This document shows positions 17,230 to 28,300 of a DNA stretch of 64,000 nucleotides, piece after piece. The position numbers and the translations under genes are program-made. The stretch covers positions 128,513 through 192,512 of the forward strand of contig CAWCAK010000002.1 in the NCBI GenBank assembly GCA_963793455.1. Reading direction: 5' to 3'. The stretch comes from an uncultured Bacteroidota bacterium. Its GTDB lineage: Bacteria > Bacteroidota > Bacteroidia > Bacteroidales > GCA-2748055. The notes below the pieces were generated by a model. The model worked only from the letters and a program-made list of their open reading frames with translations, ran no database searches and had not been told where the DNA came from. Position 1 is the first letter of the stretch. Each line of letters begins with the position of its first letter.

Positions 17230-18462
17230 CTAAGTTTCGATCTCCACCTGGTTGCGGAGCAGGTCCTCCATGTCCTCCCGTTTCCTGATCAGGTAGTCAG
17301 CGCCTTCGTGCACCAGCACTTCGGCAGGCCGGAACCTGGAGTTATAGTTGGATGACATGGCATAGCAATAGGCCCCGGCATTCTTAAAGAGCAGGTAATC
17401 TCCCTCGGAGGCTTCGGTGATCTTCCGGTTCCATCCGAAGGTATCGGTCTCACAAATGTACCCCACCACCGTATAGATGCGTGTCTTCCCTGTGGGTTTA
17501 CTCACATTGATGATCTCATGGTAGGCTTCGTAGAACATGGGCCTGATGAAATGGTTGAGCCCGGTATCCAGCCCGGCGAACACCGTGGAGGTGGTTTGTT
17601 TGATCACGTTGACCCTGGCCAGGAAATAGCCCGCCTGGCTGACCAGGAATTTGCCGGGTTCGAATACCAGCGTCAGCTCCCTGCCGTACTCCTTGCAGAA
17701 CTGGTTGAACCTGGCCGACAGGTGTTCACCGAGGACTTCCACATCGGTTTCCACATCGTCGGCCCGGTAAGGCACCTTGAAGCCGCTGCCGAGATCGATA
17801 TACTCCAGCTCCTTGAATTCCATGGCAGTGCGGAACATGATCTCGGTGGCACGCAGGAAGACCTCCACATCCACGATGTCCGACCCGGAATGCATGTGGA
17901 TCCCCTCCACCTTCATGCGGTTGGTTTCCACGATGCGGTGCACATGGGGCATCTGGTAAACGGAGATCCCGAACTTGGAATCGATGTGCCCGGTGGATAT
18001 CTTGTGGTGGGCACCGGCCATAATGTGGGGATTGATCCTGATGCAGACAGGGACCTTTGATCCGTACTTGAGCCCGAACTCCTCCAGGATGGAGATGTTG
18101 TCAATGTTGATCCGCACACCCAGTTCAACAGCTTCATGGATCTCTTCTATGGAGACGCAATTGGGGGTATAGAGGATATCCCGGGGATCGAAACCTGCCT
18201 TCAGCCCCAGGATAACCTCCTGCACTGATACCGCATCCAGCCCCGATCCGAGGGACCGGAATAATTTTAGTATATTGATGTTTGTCAGCGCCTTACAGGC
18301 ATAATTGATCCTCACCCTGGCATCCTTGAAGGCGTTGGTGATTCTTTCGTACTGCCGCACCATGGCGGCACTTTCATAGATATAGAGCGGGGAACCGTGC
18401 TTTTCTGCCAGCCTGGTCACCGGTATTCCATCAATCACATACTGGTTGTTCCTGAGTTCCAT
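17230..18462 (-). CDS. lysA: Diaminopimelate decarboxylase
   Basis: 410 aa, PLP-dependent Orn/DAP/Arg decarboxylase family 2. Contains YACKALTN, HMHSGS, DLGSGF, FEPGKFLV and a GYICETDTF ending pattern. Confidence 0.8.
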   Translation of the reverse strand: MELRNNQYVIDGIPVTRLAEKHGSPLYIYESAAMVRQYERITNAFKDARVRINYACKALTNINILKLFRSLGSGLDAVSVQEVILGLKAGFDPRDILYTPNCVSIEEIHEAVELGVRINIDNISILEEFGLKYGSKVPVCIRINPHIMAGAHHKISTGHIDSKFGISVYQMPHVHRIVETNRMKVEGIHMHSGSDIVDVEVFLRATEIMFRTAMEFKELEYIDLGSGFKVPYRADDVETDVEVLGEHLSARFNQFCKEYGRELTLVFEPGKFLVSQAGYFLARVNVIKQTTSTVFAGLDTGLNHFIRPMFYEAYHEIINVSKPTGKTRIYTVVGYICETDTFGWNRKITEASEGDYLLFKNAGAYCYAMSSNYNSRFRPAEVLVHEGADYLIRKREDMEDLLRNQVEIET

Positions 18463-18480
18463 CTGCTTTGGATTTGCTGC

Positions 18481-19206
18481 TTAATCCCACCTGATGAACC
18501 ACCTGGTCATCTTGGCCATCCCGGTCAGGAAATACTTGACCTTCCATTTGGTCCTGATCACCGGTACGATAACCCGTTTCTCCTTCCCTTCCAGGATTCT
18601 TTTGATGGCCCTCATCACATCCTCCGGCTGCCTGAACTTGCCGGTTTTGCCCTGATGGTCACCGATGAATTCATCGGTAGCGATGATCGAGGGGCATATG
18701 GTATGAAGCCTCTGCCCGGGTTTGAGTTCACCCCGGATCCCCTCGGTAAGGGTATTCACTGCCGATTTGGAAGCCCCGTAGATGGCGGTATTGGGGTAAG
18801 CCTGGAAGCCCGAGTTCGATCCAATGATGATGAATACCATGGAATCAAAGGCTTCGAAAAGCCATTTGGCAAAAATCATGGGAGTGAGGGTGTTCACGTT
18901 CAAAGTGTCGATGATCGTCCCTGTCTCCATGGTGGTTACCTTTCCGAATGTCTTGATCCCCGCGTTGTGGATGACCAGGTCCAGGTCCTTGTTCTTGCTG
19001 ATGATCTCCAGAATCAGGGCCTCTGTTTTTCCTGTATCAGACAGGTCACACTGAAAATACTCATCAGTGCAGCGGCTGACCTCCTCCGGCAATTCCTCCA
19101 CGGGAGCCTTGTCAATCCCTATCATGTGGTTCCCCGGTACCTTTTTGAATTCCATTACCAGGTACCGGCCAATGCCGCTGATTATTCCTGTCAGTACAAT
19201 TTTCAT
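18481..19206 (-). CDS. SDR family oxidoreductase
   Basis: 241 aa. Contains an N-terminal MKIVLTGIISGIGRYL Rossmann motif, NAGI, and YGASKSAV (the YxxxK catalytic motif). Confidence 0.8.
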   Translation of the reverse strand: MKIVLTGIISGIGRYLVMEFKKVPGNHMIGIDKAPVEELPEEVSRCTDEYFQCDLSDTGKTEALILEIISKNKDLDLVIHNAGIKTFGKVTTMETGTIIDTLNVNTLTPMIFAKWLFEAFDSMVFIIIGSNSGFQAYPNTAIYGASKSAVNTLTEGIRGELKPGQRLHTICPSIIATDEFIGDHQGKTGKFRQPEDVMRAIKRILEGKEKRVIVPVIRTKWKVKYFLTGMAKMTRWFIRWD

Positions 19207-19221
19207 TAGAGATTGTCTAAA

Positions 19222-19851
19222 TTACTCGATTTTTTTAAATGTATCCTCAAATACTGTGCGGTTGAGGATCGACCTGCCAAGGGTTACCTCGTCGGCATAT
19301 TCCAGGTCATCACCGATGGCAACTCCCCTGGCGAGTGTGGTGATCGTCACCGGGAACTCCTTCAGCCTGCGGTAAATATAGAAATTGGTGGTGTCGCCCT
19401 CCATGGTGGTGCTGAGGGCAAGGATGATTTCACTGCACTGCCCCGCCCTGACCTTCTCCTCGAGGGATGATATGGTAAGGTCGGCCGGACCGATACCGTC
19501 CATGGGGGAGATGATGCCTCCCAGGACATGGTAGATCCCTGTGTACTGCTGGGTATTCTCAATGGACATTACATCCCGGATGGATTCCACCACGCAGATG
19601 GTTTTTTTATCCCTGTATGGACTGGCGCAGATGTGGCAAACCTCCGAATCGGAGATGTTGTGACAGGAGGTACAGGTCATGATTTCCGATTTGATACGGA
19701 GAACGGTGTTCCCGAACCGTTCCACATCCCGGTCTTCCTGTTTCAACAGGTGCAATACCAGCCTGAGGGCGGTCTTCCGTCCAATGCCTGGGAGGGTGGC
19801 GAACTCTTCCACGGCTTCTTCAAGGATCCTGGATGGATAGTTTTGCTGCAT
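19222..19851 (-). CDS. recR: Recombination protein RecR
   Basis: 209 aa. Contains [12 protein letters not shown] (HhH), a C4 zinc finger ([16 protein letters not shown]) and a Toprim region ([14 protein letters not shown]). Confidence 0.9.
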   Translation of the reverse strand: MQQNYPSRILEEAVEEFATLPGIGRKTALRLVLHLLKQEDRDVERFGNTVLRIKSEIMTCTSCHNISDSEVCHICASPYRDKKTICVVESIRDVMSIENTQQYTGIYHVLGGIISPMDGIGPADLTISSLEEKVRAGQCSEIILALSTTMEGDTTNFYIYRRLKEFPVTITTLARGVAIGDDLEYADEVTLGRSILNRTVFEDTFKKIE

Positions 19852-19939
19852 AGGTGACAGGCGGACATCAAAAATAACACTAAATATTTTCTACATCCCT
19901 GCAATTTCGTCAAATTTGGAGCGCATTTGATCAAAGCAT

Positions 19940-21394
19940 ATGTCCTCCACCCTGATCCTGTCTGTCATTATCGCCTATTTCCTGCTCCTGTTACTGATTT
20001 CCTGGATCTCGGGGAGAGATGCCGGTAATGCCTCCTTTTTCCTGGGGGACCGCAAGTCGCCGTGGTATGTGGTGGCTTTCGGGATGATCGGTGCTTCCCT
20101 GTCGGGAGTTACCTTCATCTCGGTTCCAGGGTGGGTGGCCGACAGCCAGTTCTCCTATATGCAGATGGTGCTGGGGTACCTGCTGGGCTATGCAGTGATC
20201 GCCAATGTGCTGATGCCTCTCTACTACCGCTTGCAGCTCACCAGCATTTACACCTACCTGGAGGGGCGGTTCGGAAGGCACTCTTACAAGACCGGGGCCT
20301 CATTTTTCCTGTTGTCCCGGATCATAGGGGCGTCATTCAGGTTGTTCCTGGTGGCCAATGTGCTCCAGCTGACCGTCTTCGGGGCGTGGGGAATTCCCTT
20401 CTGGGTGACCGTGCTGGCGACCATTGCCCTGATCTGGCTCTACACGAACCGGGGCGGGATCCGCACCATCATCTGGACCGACACCCTTCAGACCGTGTGT
20501 ATGCTGACTGCCGTGGTGGTTTCCATTGTCCTGATCACCCGTTCCATGGACCTCTCCCTGGGTGAGATGATCGGGCAGGTGGCCGGGGGGGAGACCGCCA
20601 GGATCTGGGTGTTTGACGGGTGGCACAGGGAGAATCACTTTGTGAAGCATTTCCTGAGCGGTGCATTCATCACCATCGTGATGACAGGGCTGGACCAGGA
20701 TATGATGCAGAAGAACCTGAGTTGCAGGAACATTCGTGAAGCCAAGAAGAATGTGTACCTCATGAGTATCTCCCTGGTGCCCGTGAACCTGGTCTTCCTC
20801 TTTCTCGGGGCCGTATTGATCCAATTCGCCGCTTTTCGTGGCATTGCCATGCCGGAGGCCACCGATGACCTGTTCCCGCTTATCGCCACCGGCGGGTACC
20901 TGCCGCAGGTGGTGGGTGTCTTCTTCATCGTGGGACTGGTGGCTGCGGCCTATTCAAGTGCCGATTCTGCACTGACAGCCCTGACCACCTCCTTCACAGT
21001 GGATATCCTGGAGGGCCAGCGCATGGAGGAGCGGCGGCTCACCCGTACAAGGCGGTGGGTGCACCTGGGCATCTCCATTGTCCTCGGCTTCACCATCATG
21101 CTGTTCAGGGCCATCAACGACGAAAATGTCATCACAGCCATCTTCCGGGTGGCAGGGTACACCTACGGCCCCCTGCTGGGCCTTTACGCTTTCGGGCTCT
21201 TCACGCGCCTGCAGGTACGCGACCGGCTGGTCCCCCTGCTTGCCATTCTTTCCCCTGTTCTCACCTTCCTCCTCAGCCGCTTTTCCGAACAGCTCTTCAA
21301 TGGCTACAATTTCGGATTCGAACTGCTGATTGTCAACGGCGCCATCATGTTCGCAGCGTTGCTCCTCACTAGCAGGAAGTTTGTAAAGTTGTAA
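19940..21394 (+). CDS. Sodium:solute symporter family transporter
   Basis: 484 aa with about 13 TM segments. The SSS-family pattern is present (FFLGDRKSPWYVVAFGMIGASLSGVTFISVPG). Confidence 0.8.
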   Translation: MSSTLILSVIIAYFLLLLLISWISGRDAGNASFFLGDRKSPWYVVAFGMIGASLSGVTFISVPGWVADSQFSYMQMVLGYLLGYAVIANVLMPLYYRLQLTSIYTYLEGRFGRHSYKTGASFFLLSRIIGASFRLFLVANVLQLTVFGAWGIPFWVTVLATIALIWLYTNRGGIRTIIWTDTLQTVCMLTAVVVSIVLITRSMDLSLGEMIGQVAGGETARIWVFDGWHRENHFVKHFLSGAFITIVMTGLDQDMMQKNLSCRNIREAKKNVYLMSISLVPVNLVFLFLGAVLIQFAAFRGIAMPEATDDLFPLIATGGYLPQVVGVFFIVGLVAAAYSSADSALTALTTSFTVDILEGQRMEERRLTRTRRWVHLGISIVLGFTIMLFRAINDENVITAIFRVAGYTYGPLLGLYAFGLFTRLQVRDRLVPLLAILSPVLTFLLSRFSEQLFNGYNFGFELLIVNGAIMFAALLLTSRKFVKL

Positions 21395-21436
21395 ACCGAA
21401 GGAACTGAGGCGTAAAGTTAGTAAAGTTTGTAAAGT
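21378..21436 (+). repeat. GTAAAG / GTTTGTAAAGT motif cluster (locus 1 of 3)
   Basis: Five GTAAAG/GTAAAC copies, including AAGTTTGTAAAGTTGTAA, which overlaps the transporter stop codon. The cluster lies 36 nt upstream of the next start at 21472. Confidence 0.7.
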
Positions 21437-21471
21437 CCCTTAAGTCGGGGGCTGATTGTTATATTTACCTC

Positions 21472-22296
21472 ATGGGATCATATTCCAGGCTGGTTGTTCT
21501 TTCCCTGGCTGCCCTTCTGGCCGGAAGGGAAGTGCCGGGACAGGAGGATTTCAGGGTGCCGCCCTACCTCCAGAATCCTGCGCCGGATGCCATGTCGGTG
21601 ATCTGGTTTACCGGGGACAGTGACCCGGGGACCTTCATGTACCGGAAGAAAGGGACCGGGGAATTTACCACGGTTTACCCTGTTCCTGCCCTTGCAGAAG
21701 CACTGGCCTACCCGGATTGGGAGGAGAGCAGTTTTTTCGGGGGAGATGCACCGCCGGTTCCTTACCGCCAGCGGGTGCGGCTGGAGGGGCTGGAGCCGGG
21801 CACTACCTATGAATACACCCTGATCCAGGGGCTGACCCAGTTCAACGGGGAATTCCGCACGGCACCTGCAGGGGATACTTCGGTCCGGTTCATCATCTAT
21901 GCAGATTCAGAGACCGAGCCCGAGTCCCACGGAAAATTCACGGATTGGCCCGATCCTGTGACAGGATTCTCAAGGCCCTACCTGGTGGACCAGGCCATGG
22001 GATACCGGAACAACCTGGAGGCGATCCGTTCCCGGGAGCCGGACCTGGTGTTTATCGCCGGGGACCTGGTGGAGAGCGGCGGGGAGCAGCGTGACTGGGA
22101 TGAATTCTGGCTGAACAATGCCACCCGGACGGGAAGCATGGGGATGGCCGCCCGGGTGCCCCTCCTGGCCGCCCTGGGGAACCATGAATACTATAACGGG
22201 CCTCTCATGGAGGGGTATGACCAGCCAGGTTCGGAACAGGCAGTAAGCAAGTACCTGTCCTACTTTGAATACCCGGCCAATCATGCTGATAAATGA
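21472..22296 (+). CDS. Metallophosphoesterase (purple-acid-phosphatase-like), N-terminal fragment
   Basis: Signal peptide and an N-terminal beta-sandwich. Metallophosphatase motifs are present: FIIYADSE, IAGDLVESG and LGNHEY. The ORF ends YFEYPANHADK* while the domain continues in another frame. Confidence 0.75.
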   Translation: MGSYSRLVVLSLAALLAGREVPGQEDFRVPPYLQNPAPDAMSVIWFTGDSDPGTFMYRKKGTGEFTTVYPVPALAEALAYPDWEESSFFGGDAPPVPYRQRVRLEGLEPGTTYEYTLIQGLTQFNGEFRTAPAGDTSVRFIIYADSETEPESHGKFTDWPDPVTGFSRPYLVDQAMGYRNNLEAIRSREPDLVFIAGDLVESGGEQRDWDEFWLNNATRTGSMGMAARVPLLAALGNHEYYNGPLMEGYDQPGSEQAVSKYLSYFEYPANHADK

Positions 22297-23059
22297 ACAG
22301 CAGGAAGGCCGGTATTATACCTTATCCTATGGACCGGCCACCTTTATCGTGCTGGATGGATGCAACAACAGTCCCAACGCCTCCGGCACGGATACCAACA
22401 TCCTTCTGCTGGGTGAAAATGATCCGGGGGGAGGGAATGCCCCTGACTTCATGCCCGGTTCCGCACAGTATTCCTGGCTGGAGGAGCAGCTGGAACGGTC
22501 GCAAAAGGCGTCACTCTTTACCTTTGTCATGGTGCATCATGCACCTTATTCGTCCGGGCTTCATGGCCGTCCTCCTGGTTCTGACCAGCAGCAGGACAGC
22601 TGGTCCGGATTCCCCCTGCGGGAGCTGACCCCGCTTTTGATGAAGTACGGCGTGGAAGCGGTATTTTCAGGGCATGACGAGTTATGGGAGCGATCAGAGG
22701 TCACCGGGGAGGAGCTGCTGTCCGACGGGAATGCGGTACCCCACACCATTCATTTCTATGATGTTGGAACCGGCGGGGATGGTCTCAGGGCACCACTGGA
22801 AACAGTTGACAATCCCTTTCGGGCATTCATAGCCCATGCAGATTCCCCCGAGGTTTGGGAAGATGATGTCCTGATCAGCGGGGGGAGGCACTACGGGCAC
22901 CTGGAAGTGGATATAGCCCCGGGAGAGGGGAATCGCTGGGAGGCCACACTGGATCCTGTCTACATCCTCCCGGTAAAAGATCCCGGAGATACCCTCTATA
23001 CGGGTTTTGAACGCCGCCGGTATGATGACCGCATCATCCTGGTTCGCTTCGAGGGATAG
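22265..23059 (+). CDS. Metallophosphoesterase, C-terminal fragment
   Basis: Continues the domain with GRYYTLSYGPATFIVLDG, VMVHHAPYSSG and FSGHDELWERS. It ends at the TAG at 23057-23059. Confidence 0.75.
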   Translation: MNTRPIMLINEQQEGRYYTLSYGPATFIVLDGCNNSPNASGTDTNILLLGENDPGGGNAPDFMPGSAQYSWLEEQLERSQKASLFTFVMVHHAPYSSGLHGRPPGSDQQQDSWSGFPLRELTPLLMKYGVEAVFSGHDELWERSEVTGEELLSDGNAVPHTIHFYDVGTGGDGLRAPLETVDNPFRAFIAHADSPEVWEDDVLISGGRHYGHLEVDIAPGEGNRWEATLDPVYILPVKDPGDTLYTGFERRRYDDRIILVRFEG

Positions 23060-23392
23060 CATGCAGACCGGTCTGAAGGCCCGTCCTCGTCATCAGGAAG
23101 CAGTCCGCCGGAACCACTTTCGTGCCAATGCTATCCCAATCCATTTTCCGGGACAACAAGGATCAGGGTTGAATTGCCGGTGGAGACAAACGTGTTGATC
23201 CGGATTTTCGACAACCATGGAAGGATCCTGCTGACCAGGGAACAAAAGGGATGCAGCCAGGGTTCCCACGAATTCCACTGGGATGGTTCGGATTCCCGGG
23301 GAAATCACCTTCCAACCGGGATCTACTACTGCAGGATCGACATCGGTTCCGGCGGATACGCCATAACCAGGATTTCATACCGGAATGAGTAA
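23060..23392 (+). pseudogene. T9SS C-terminal sorting domain, in frame with and cut off from the preceding phosphoesterase by one TAG
   Basis: This is the same reading frame as 22265-23059. My hand translation is HADRSEGPSSSSGSSPPEPLSCQCYPNPFSGTTRIRVELPVETNVLIRIFDNHGRILL...HEFHWDGSDSRGNHLPTGIYYCRIDIGSGGYAITRISYRNE*, a textbook Por_Secre_tail pattern. Confidence 0.8.
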
Positions 23393-23513
23393 GATAATCG
23401 TGGTCATAAAGAATTGACAATTATTGCTTTGAGGTAAGGATTGACGGTTCTTTTTTTGACAGCGAGGGATTAATTTTGTATATTGCGTATCAGCCACATC
23501 AACCTATTTCCTG

Positions 23514-24312
23514 ATGCAATACTTAGCACCCTTGCTCGTGGCGCTTCTATTTTTGTGCGATCCTGTTGAGGCACAAGCGCAGTCCGTTCCGAAGTTCTCA
23601 ACTCCGGAGATCAAGCTTCAGAACGGATTTCTTCTGATCAGCTATGATATACTGAACGGGGAGGAGAATGACCAGTATAAGATCAATCTGGAGGTCACCG
23701 ATGTTGATGGTAAATCCCTGCGGGCCAATTCTCTGACCGGGGATGTGGGGAAGAATGTCTCCGGCGGAACCAACAAGATGATCATGTGGAACTATGCCAA
23801 GGACGGGGTTTCGGTCGATGAAGGGATTTTTGTGGAGATTGTAGGGGAAATTTCCTACCGGGCCAAAGATGAGATGCCCCAGGAAGAGGTGGATTATTCG
23901 CTGATCGACCTGCTCTGGCGGTCGGCTGTGTACCCGGGATGGGGACTGACCAAAGCAACAGGTTCGAAGCTTCATATGATCAAAGGCGGCCTGGGATATG
24001 GGTGCATCGCGGGTGCTTTTATCCTCAACAATGCAGCCTATAACAACCAGCAGAAATTGGAGTCAGGAGACGTAACATGACATCGAGGAACGGCAATCCC
24101 TTAAGGAGACCTACCAGACCCAGGATATGGTATCCAAGGTGCTGGGATTCACTGCGGCCGCAATCTGGGTCTCCGACCTGGCATGGACCACCATTGTCGG
24201 GTTGCAGAAAACCGGCAAGAACAAGGGATCACACGCACAGGGGATCTCCCTTGGGTCGGGATACGATCCTGTCTCGGGTGCCCCCCTGCTTTCATTCAGG
24301 GTTACATTTTAA
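23514..24312 (+). CDS. Hypothetical membrane protein (signal peptide, beta-sandwich-like domain, two TM helices), frameshifted near 24073
   Basis: ORF 23514-24080 ends ...QQKLESGDVT*. The frame starting at 24076 continues HDIEERQSLKETYQTQDMVSKVLGFTAAAIWVSDLAWTTIV...PLLSFRVTF*. Hydrophobic segments are GGLGYGCIAGAFILNNAAY and VLGFTAAAIWVSDLAWTTIV. I cannot name a family. Confidence 0.55.
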
Positions 24313-24334
24313 TCACACCTAGAAGGTAACGGTT

Positions 24335-25224
24335 ATGAAGATGATGCATATGATAGGATGTCTGGCAATGCTGCTGGTTTTCCAGAATGCTCAGGCCCAG
24401 GAATTCAGAACCGGGAAGGTATTCTTCAAACCGGAGAAGAAGGTCGAAAAGACTGGATGCTCCCGCCACCGAAGGGATTCACTTTCCCCTTGCAGCAGGC
24501 TGTTGAACAGGAGGAATCAAAGTATTACGGCCTGATCATCGGTGTAAACAACTACCCTGATCCGGCGATTATTTCCCTGGATTTTCCGATTTCAGATGCA
24601 CAAAAAGTGTACGATGTCCTCGTGGAAGATTATATGTTCAGGGAAGAGCATATCCAGTTTCTGAAGGATCCCAGGCGGGATGACATCATTTATGCCATGG
24701 ATTACCTTTCGAGGGTGGTCACACCTGAGGACAACCTGCTGATCTTTTATGCAGGCCACGGTTACTGGGATCCGGGACCCAAGGTGGGCTACTGGCTGCC
24801 CTCAGATGCCAGGAAGATCAGCAAGGCAGACTGGTTCAGGAACAGCACCCTGGTGGATTACCTCAAGGAGGTGAACACAAAGCATACATTGCTGATCACA
24901 GATGCCTGTTTTGGCGGAGCGATCTTCAAAACCCGGAAAGCTTTTGCGGATGCTCCTGAGTCCATTGAGAACCTCTATGAATTCCCCAGCAGGAAAGCCA
25001 TGACCAGCGGATCTTTTTCCGAGGAGGTACCGGACGAAAGCCAGTTTACCAGGTTCCTTATCGAACGACTCAAGAAGAACAAACAGAAATACATCTCTTC
25101 CGAGCAATTGTTCTTCAGCCTGGAAAAGGCTGTGACCAACAACAGTGAAACCACACCACAATTCGGCGAGATCAGGAACGTGGGAGACCAGGGGGGGGAT
25201 TTTATTTTCATCAAAGTGAAATAG
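24335..25224 (+). CDS. Caspase family (peptidase C14) protein; signal peptide sits in a different frame from the catalytic domain
   Basis: The catalytic domain, in the frame of track ORF 24358-25224, has YYGLIIGVNNYP, LIFYAGHGYW (His) and LLITDACFGGAIF (Cys). A clean signal peptide, MKMMHMIGCLAMLLVFQNAQAQ, starts at 24335 in the adjacent frame. The frames can be joined near the GAAAAG at about 24440-24450. Confidence 0.8.
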
Positions 25225-25377
25225 GATCAACCTTCATCCCCACTCCAATGACACCTGTTCACCAAATCCTCCTGAAGACTCTTCGTGTCCCTATAATAGA
25301 ATGTATCCTACATATTCTGCGATCTGTAGGCTCGTGTCCTTCCCTGTTATTCAATCAGATGCTTAAAAGATTAAAAG

Positions 25378-28300
25378 ATGATTAAAACTTTCAGTTCAGA
25401 CAAATGGTTACATTATGCCAAGGTCGGATTGGCTGTCGCGCTGGTACTGGCGGCATCATGCAAAAAGATCGAGGATGAACTGGAGGTAAAGGTGTTGATC
25501 GAGTCGATCCCAATATTGGATACGATTATTGCGTGGTGGAGGGAAAGGTGGTCGACCTGGGGGGAGCGGATCTTGACGAGTACGGGTTTTGCCTGGATAT
25601 AGTCGAGAATCCCACCATCGAGGACCAGAAAATTGACCTGGGGAGTAAGTCCACTACCGGGGTATACCGGGATTCCATCACGGACCTGATAAGTGGCAGG
25701 AAATACTATATCAAAGCATACGCACTCTCGTCCCAAAAGGTATTCTATTCCGAACAGCGCTCCTTTACCACCAAGCCCCCGGCGGTTCCTGTTGTTACCA
25801 CCAAAAGCATCACGGATATTGGCACCACCACGGCCAAGGGTGGGGGAGATGTGACAGATCACGGTGGATCGATGGTGACTGAACGGGGTGTTTGCTGGGA
25901 TGTCTCGGACAATCCCACCGTTGCAGGGGACCGTTCAACAGACGGGGGAGGAACAGGTAGCTTCGTGAGTCAACTCGAAGGGCTCTCCTGTAATACAACC
26001 TACTACGTGAGGGCCTATGCCACCAACGCTTCCGGTACAGGCTACGGGCAATCTGAGCTTTTCTCCACCCAGTATTGCGACGTGGTAAAGCCCACGGTTA
26101 CTACCACATCCATAGCCAACATCACGGATGTATCGGTTATATGCGCGGGTAAGGTCACTGACAACGGGGGCGGGACCATCACGGCCCGGGGGATTTGCTG
26201 GTCCACCTCCCTTTACCCGACCATCTTCGGAACGCATACAACCGAGACCTGTGGGATCGGAACCTTCACCAGCGAGATCACCGGGCTCACCTGCAACACC
26301 ATCTATTATATCAGGGCCTTCGCGAGCAACAGCGCTGGGACCTCCTACGGGGAACAAATGAGTTTCAATACCAGCGGCTGTGAGGCCGGCCTGCCAACGG
26401 TGACCTCCCAGCCAGTGACCAATGTGACTGAAACTGAAGCTACCAGTGGTGGGTACGTGACCGACGATGGGGGATCTTCTGTTACTGCACGGGGAGTGTG
26501 CTGGAATAACACCGGTAGCCCGGAGGTAACTGGCCATCATACCATCAACGGGTCTGGAACCGGTGCATTCGCGAGCCAGCTCACGGGCCTGACCTGCAAT
26601 AGCGGGTATTTCGTGAGGGCCTACGCCACCAACAGTTCAGGAACATCCTACGGGGTGGAGCAATCATTTGACACTGATGCGTGCTCGGGTGTGTTGCCCT
26701 TGGTGACCACCTCTGACATCGGAGATGTAACCGAGTCATCCGCCAGGGGAGGCGGAACAGTAACCGATGAAGGCGGATCGGACGTGACGGCCCGGGGGAT
26801 TTGCTGGAGTACTTCTGTAAATCCCACGACCTCGAACAATCATACAGAGAATGGGAGCGGGGCCGGGGCCTTCAATAGTGACATGGTCGGACTGGCCTGC
26901 AATACCACCTATTACGTTCGGGCTTATGCTACCAACTCCTCCGGGACTGCTTACGGGGAACTGAAATCATTTGGTACTTCTGCCTGTCCGTCGGGCATCC
27001 CGGTGGTATCGACCTTCGCCATCAGCAACATTACGGAATCCACGGCTGTAGGAGGCGGGAACGTGACCGATGACGGTGGGGAGGCCGTGACGGCCAGGGG
27101 TGTATGCTGGAGCACCTCACAGAATCCGGATATTTCTGATCAACACTCCGCGGATGGCAACGGGTGGAGGCACGTTTACAAGTCTTCTGACGGGACTCGA
27201 CTGCAACACCACTTATTACGTGCGCGCCTACGCGACCAACAACTCGGGAACGGGCTACGGTTCTCAGGTGAGTTTTACCTCCGGGAATCTGTAAGGCAAC
27301 GGTGACCACCATGGATATTACGGACATCACGGCCACCACGGCCATGGGCGGTGGTACCGTGACCGACGATGGTGGTAACGAGGTGACCTCCAGGGGTGTC
27401 TGCTGGAATATCTCGCAAAATCCCACCACCCTGGACAGCCAAACGGAGGATGGAACCGGGGAAGGTAGCTTTAGCAGTGCACTGACGGGTCTGTCCAACA
27501 ATACCACCTATTACGTGCGGGCATATGCCACCACCAGCGCGGGGACATCTTATGGTGATCAGGTCTCATTTAACACTGATATCAGCGCTGTCTCACCGCC
27601 GAGGTAACCACTTCTGCCATTAATAACATCACCGCCAGCACCGCGTATGGTGGAGGGACCGTGACAAGTGATGGCGGGGGTACCGTGACAGCCCGGGGGA
27701 TCTGCTGGAGCAATTCTCCCAATCCCTCCCCCACCAATAACCATACCACCGACGGGGTAGGAACCGGTTCATATATCAGCGCGATGACCGGCCTGGCATG
27801 TGGTCACGACATATTATGTACGGGCGTATGCAGCCAACGAGGCGGGCACGATTTATGGTGCTGATGTCTACTTTCAATACCGAATGGTTGCAGCGTGCCC
27901 ACGCTAACGACCTCAGCGGTAACTGTACTGTCGGCCATTTCGGCCACAGGAGGGGGCATGGTCACTGCAGACGGTGGTGCCACGGTCACGGTGAGGGGTG
28001 TATGCTGGAGCACTAATCACAATCCCACCGATACGCATCCCCGTACCGAAGATGGCAGCGGAATGGGCAGCTTCACCAGTGCCATCAACGGACTTGATCC
28101 AGGAACCACCTATTACCTGATGGCCTATGCCAAAAATAGTGCGGGGACGGGTTATGGTCAGGAGGTCACTTTCTCCACGCCCACGGACAATACCGTGACT
28201 GATATTGATGGCAATGTTTACGAGACCATTCAGATCGGGGATCAGACATGGATGGCCGAAAACCTCAAGGTTACAAAATTCGCGAATGGGACCAGCATCC

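Noticed and set aside
23057-23059. Genome-wide TAG reassignment as the explanation for the in-frame TAG before the T9SS domain
   Set aside because: TAG terminates nhaC (1164-1166, minus strand) and the window-edge gene (158-160) at sensible protein ends. The same phosphoesterase gene also carries a frameshift. A local mutation, an error or readthrough is therefore more likely.
23455-23478. Bacteroidota-type promoter upstream of 23514 (TAATTTTG at 23471-23478, TTTG at 23455-23458), and a similar TTTTGTATATTGC string upstream of 41677
   Set aside because: The -7 box matches TAnnTTTG, but the spacing to the upstream TTTG is shorter than the usual ~19-21 nt. I cannot validate it without transcription start data, so I did not list it as a feature.
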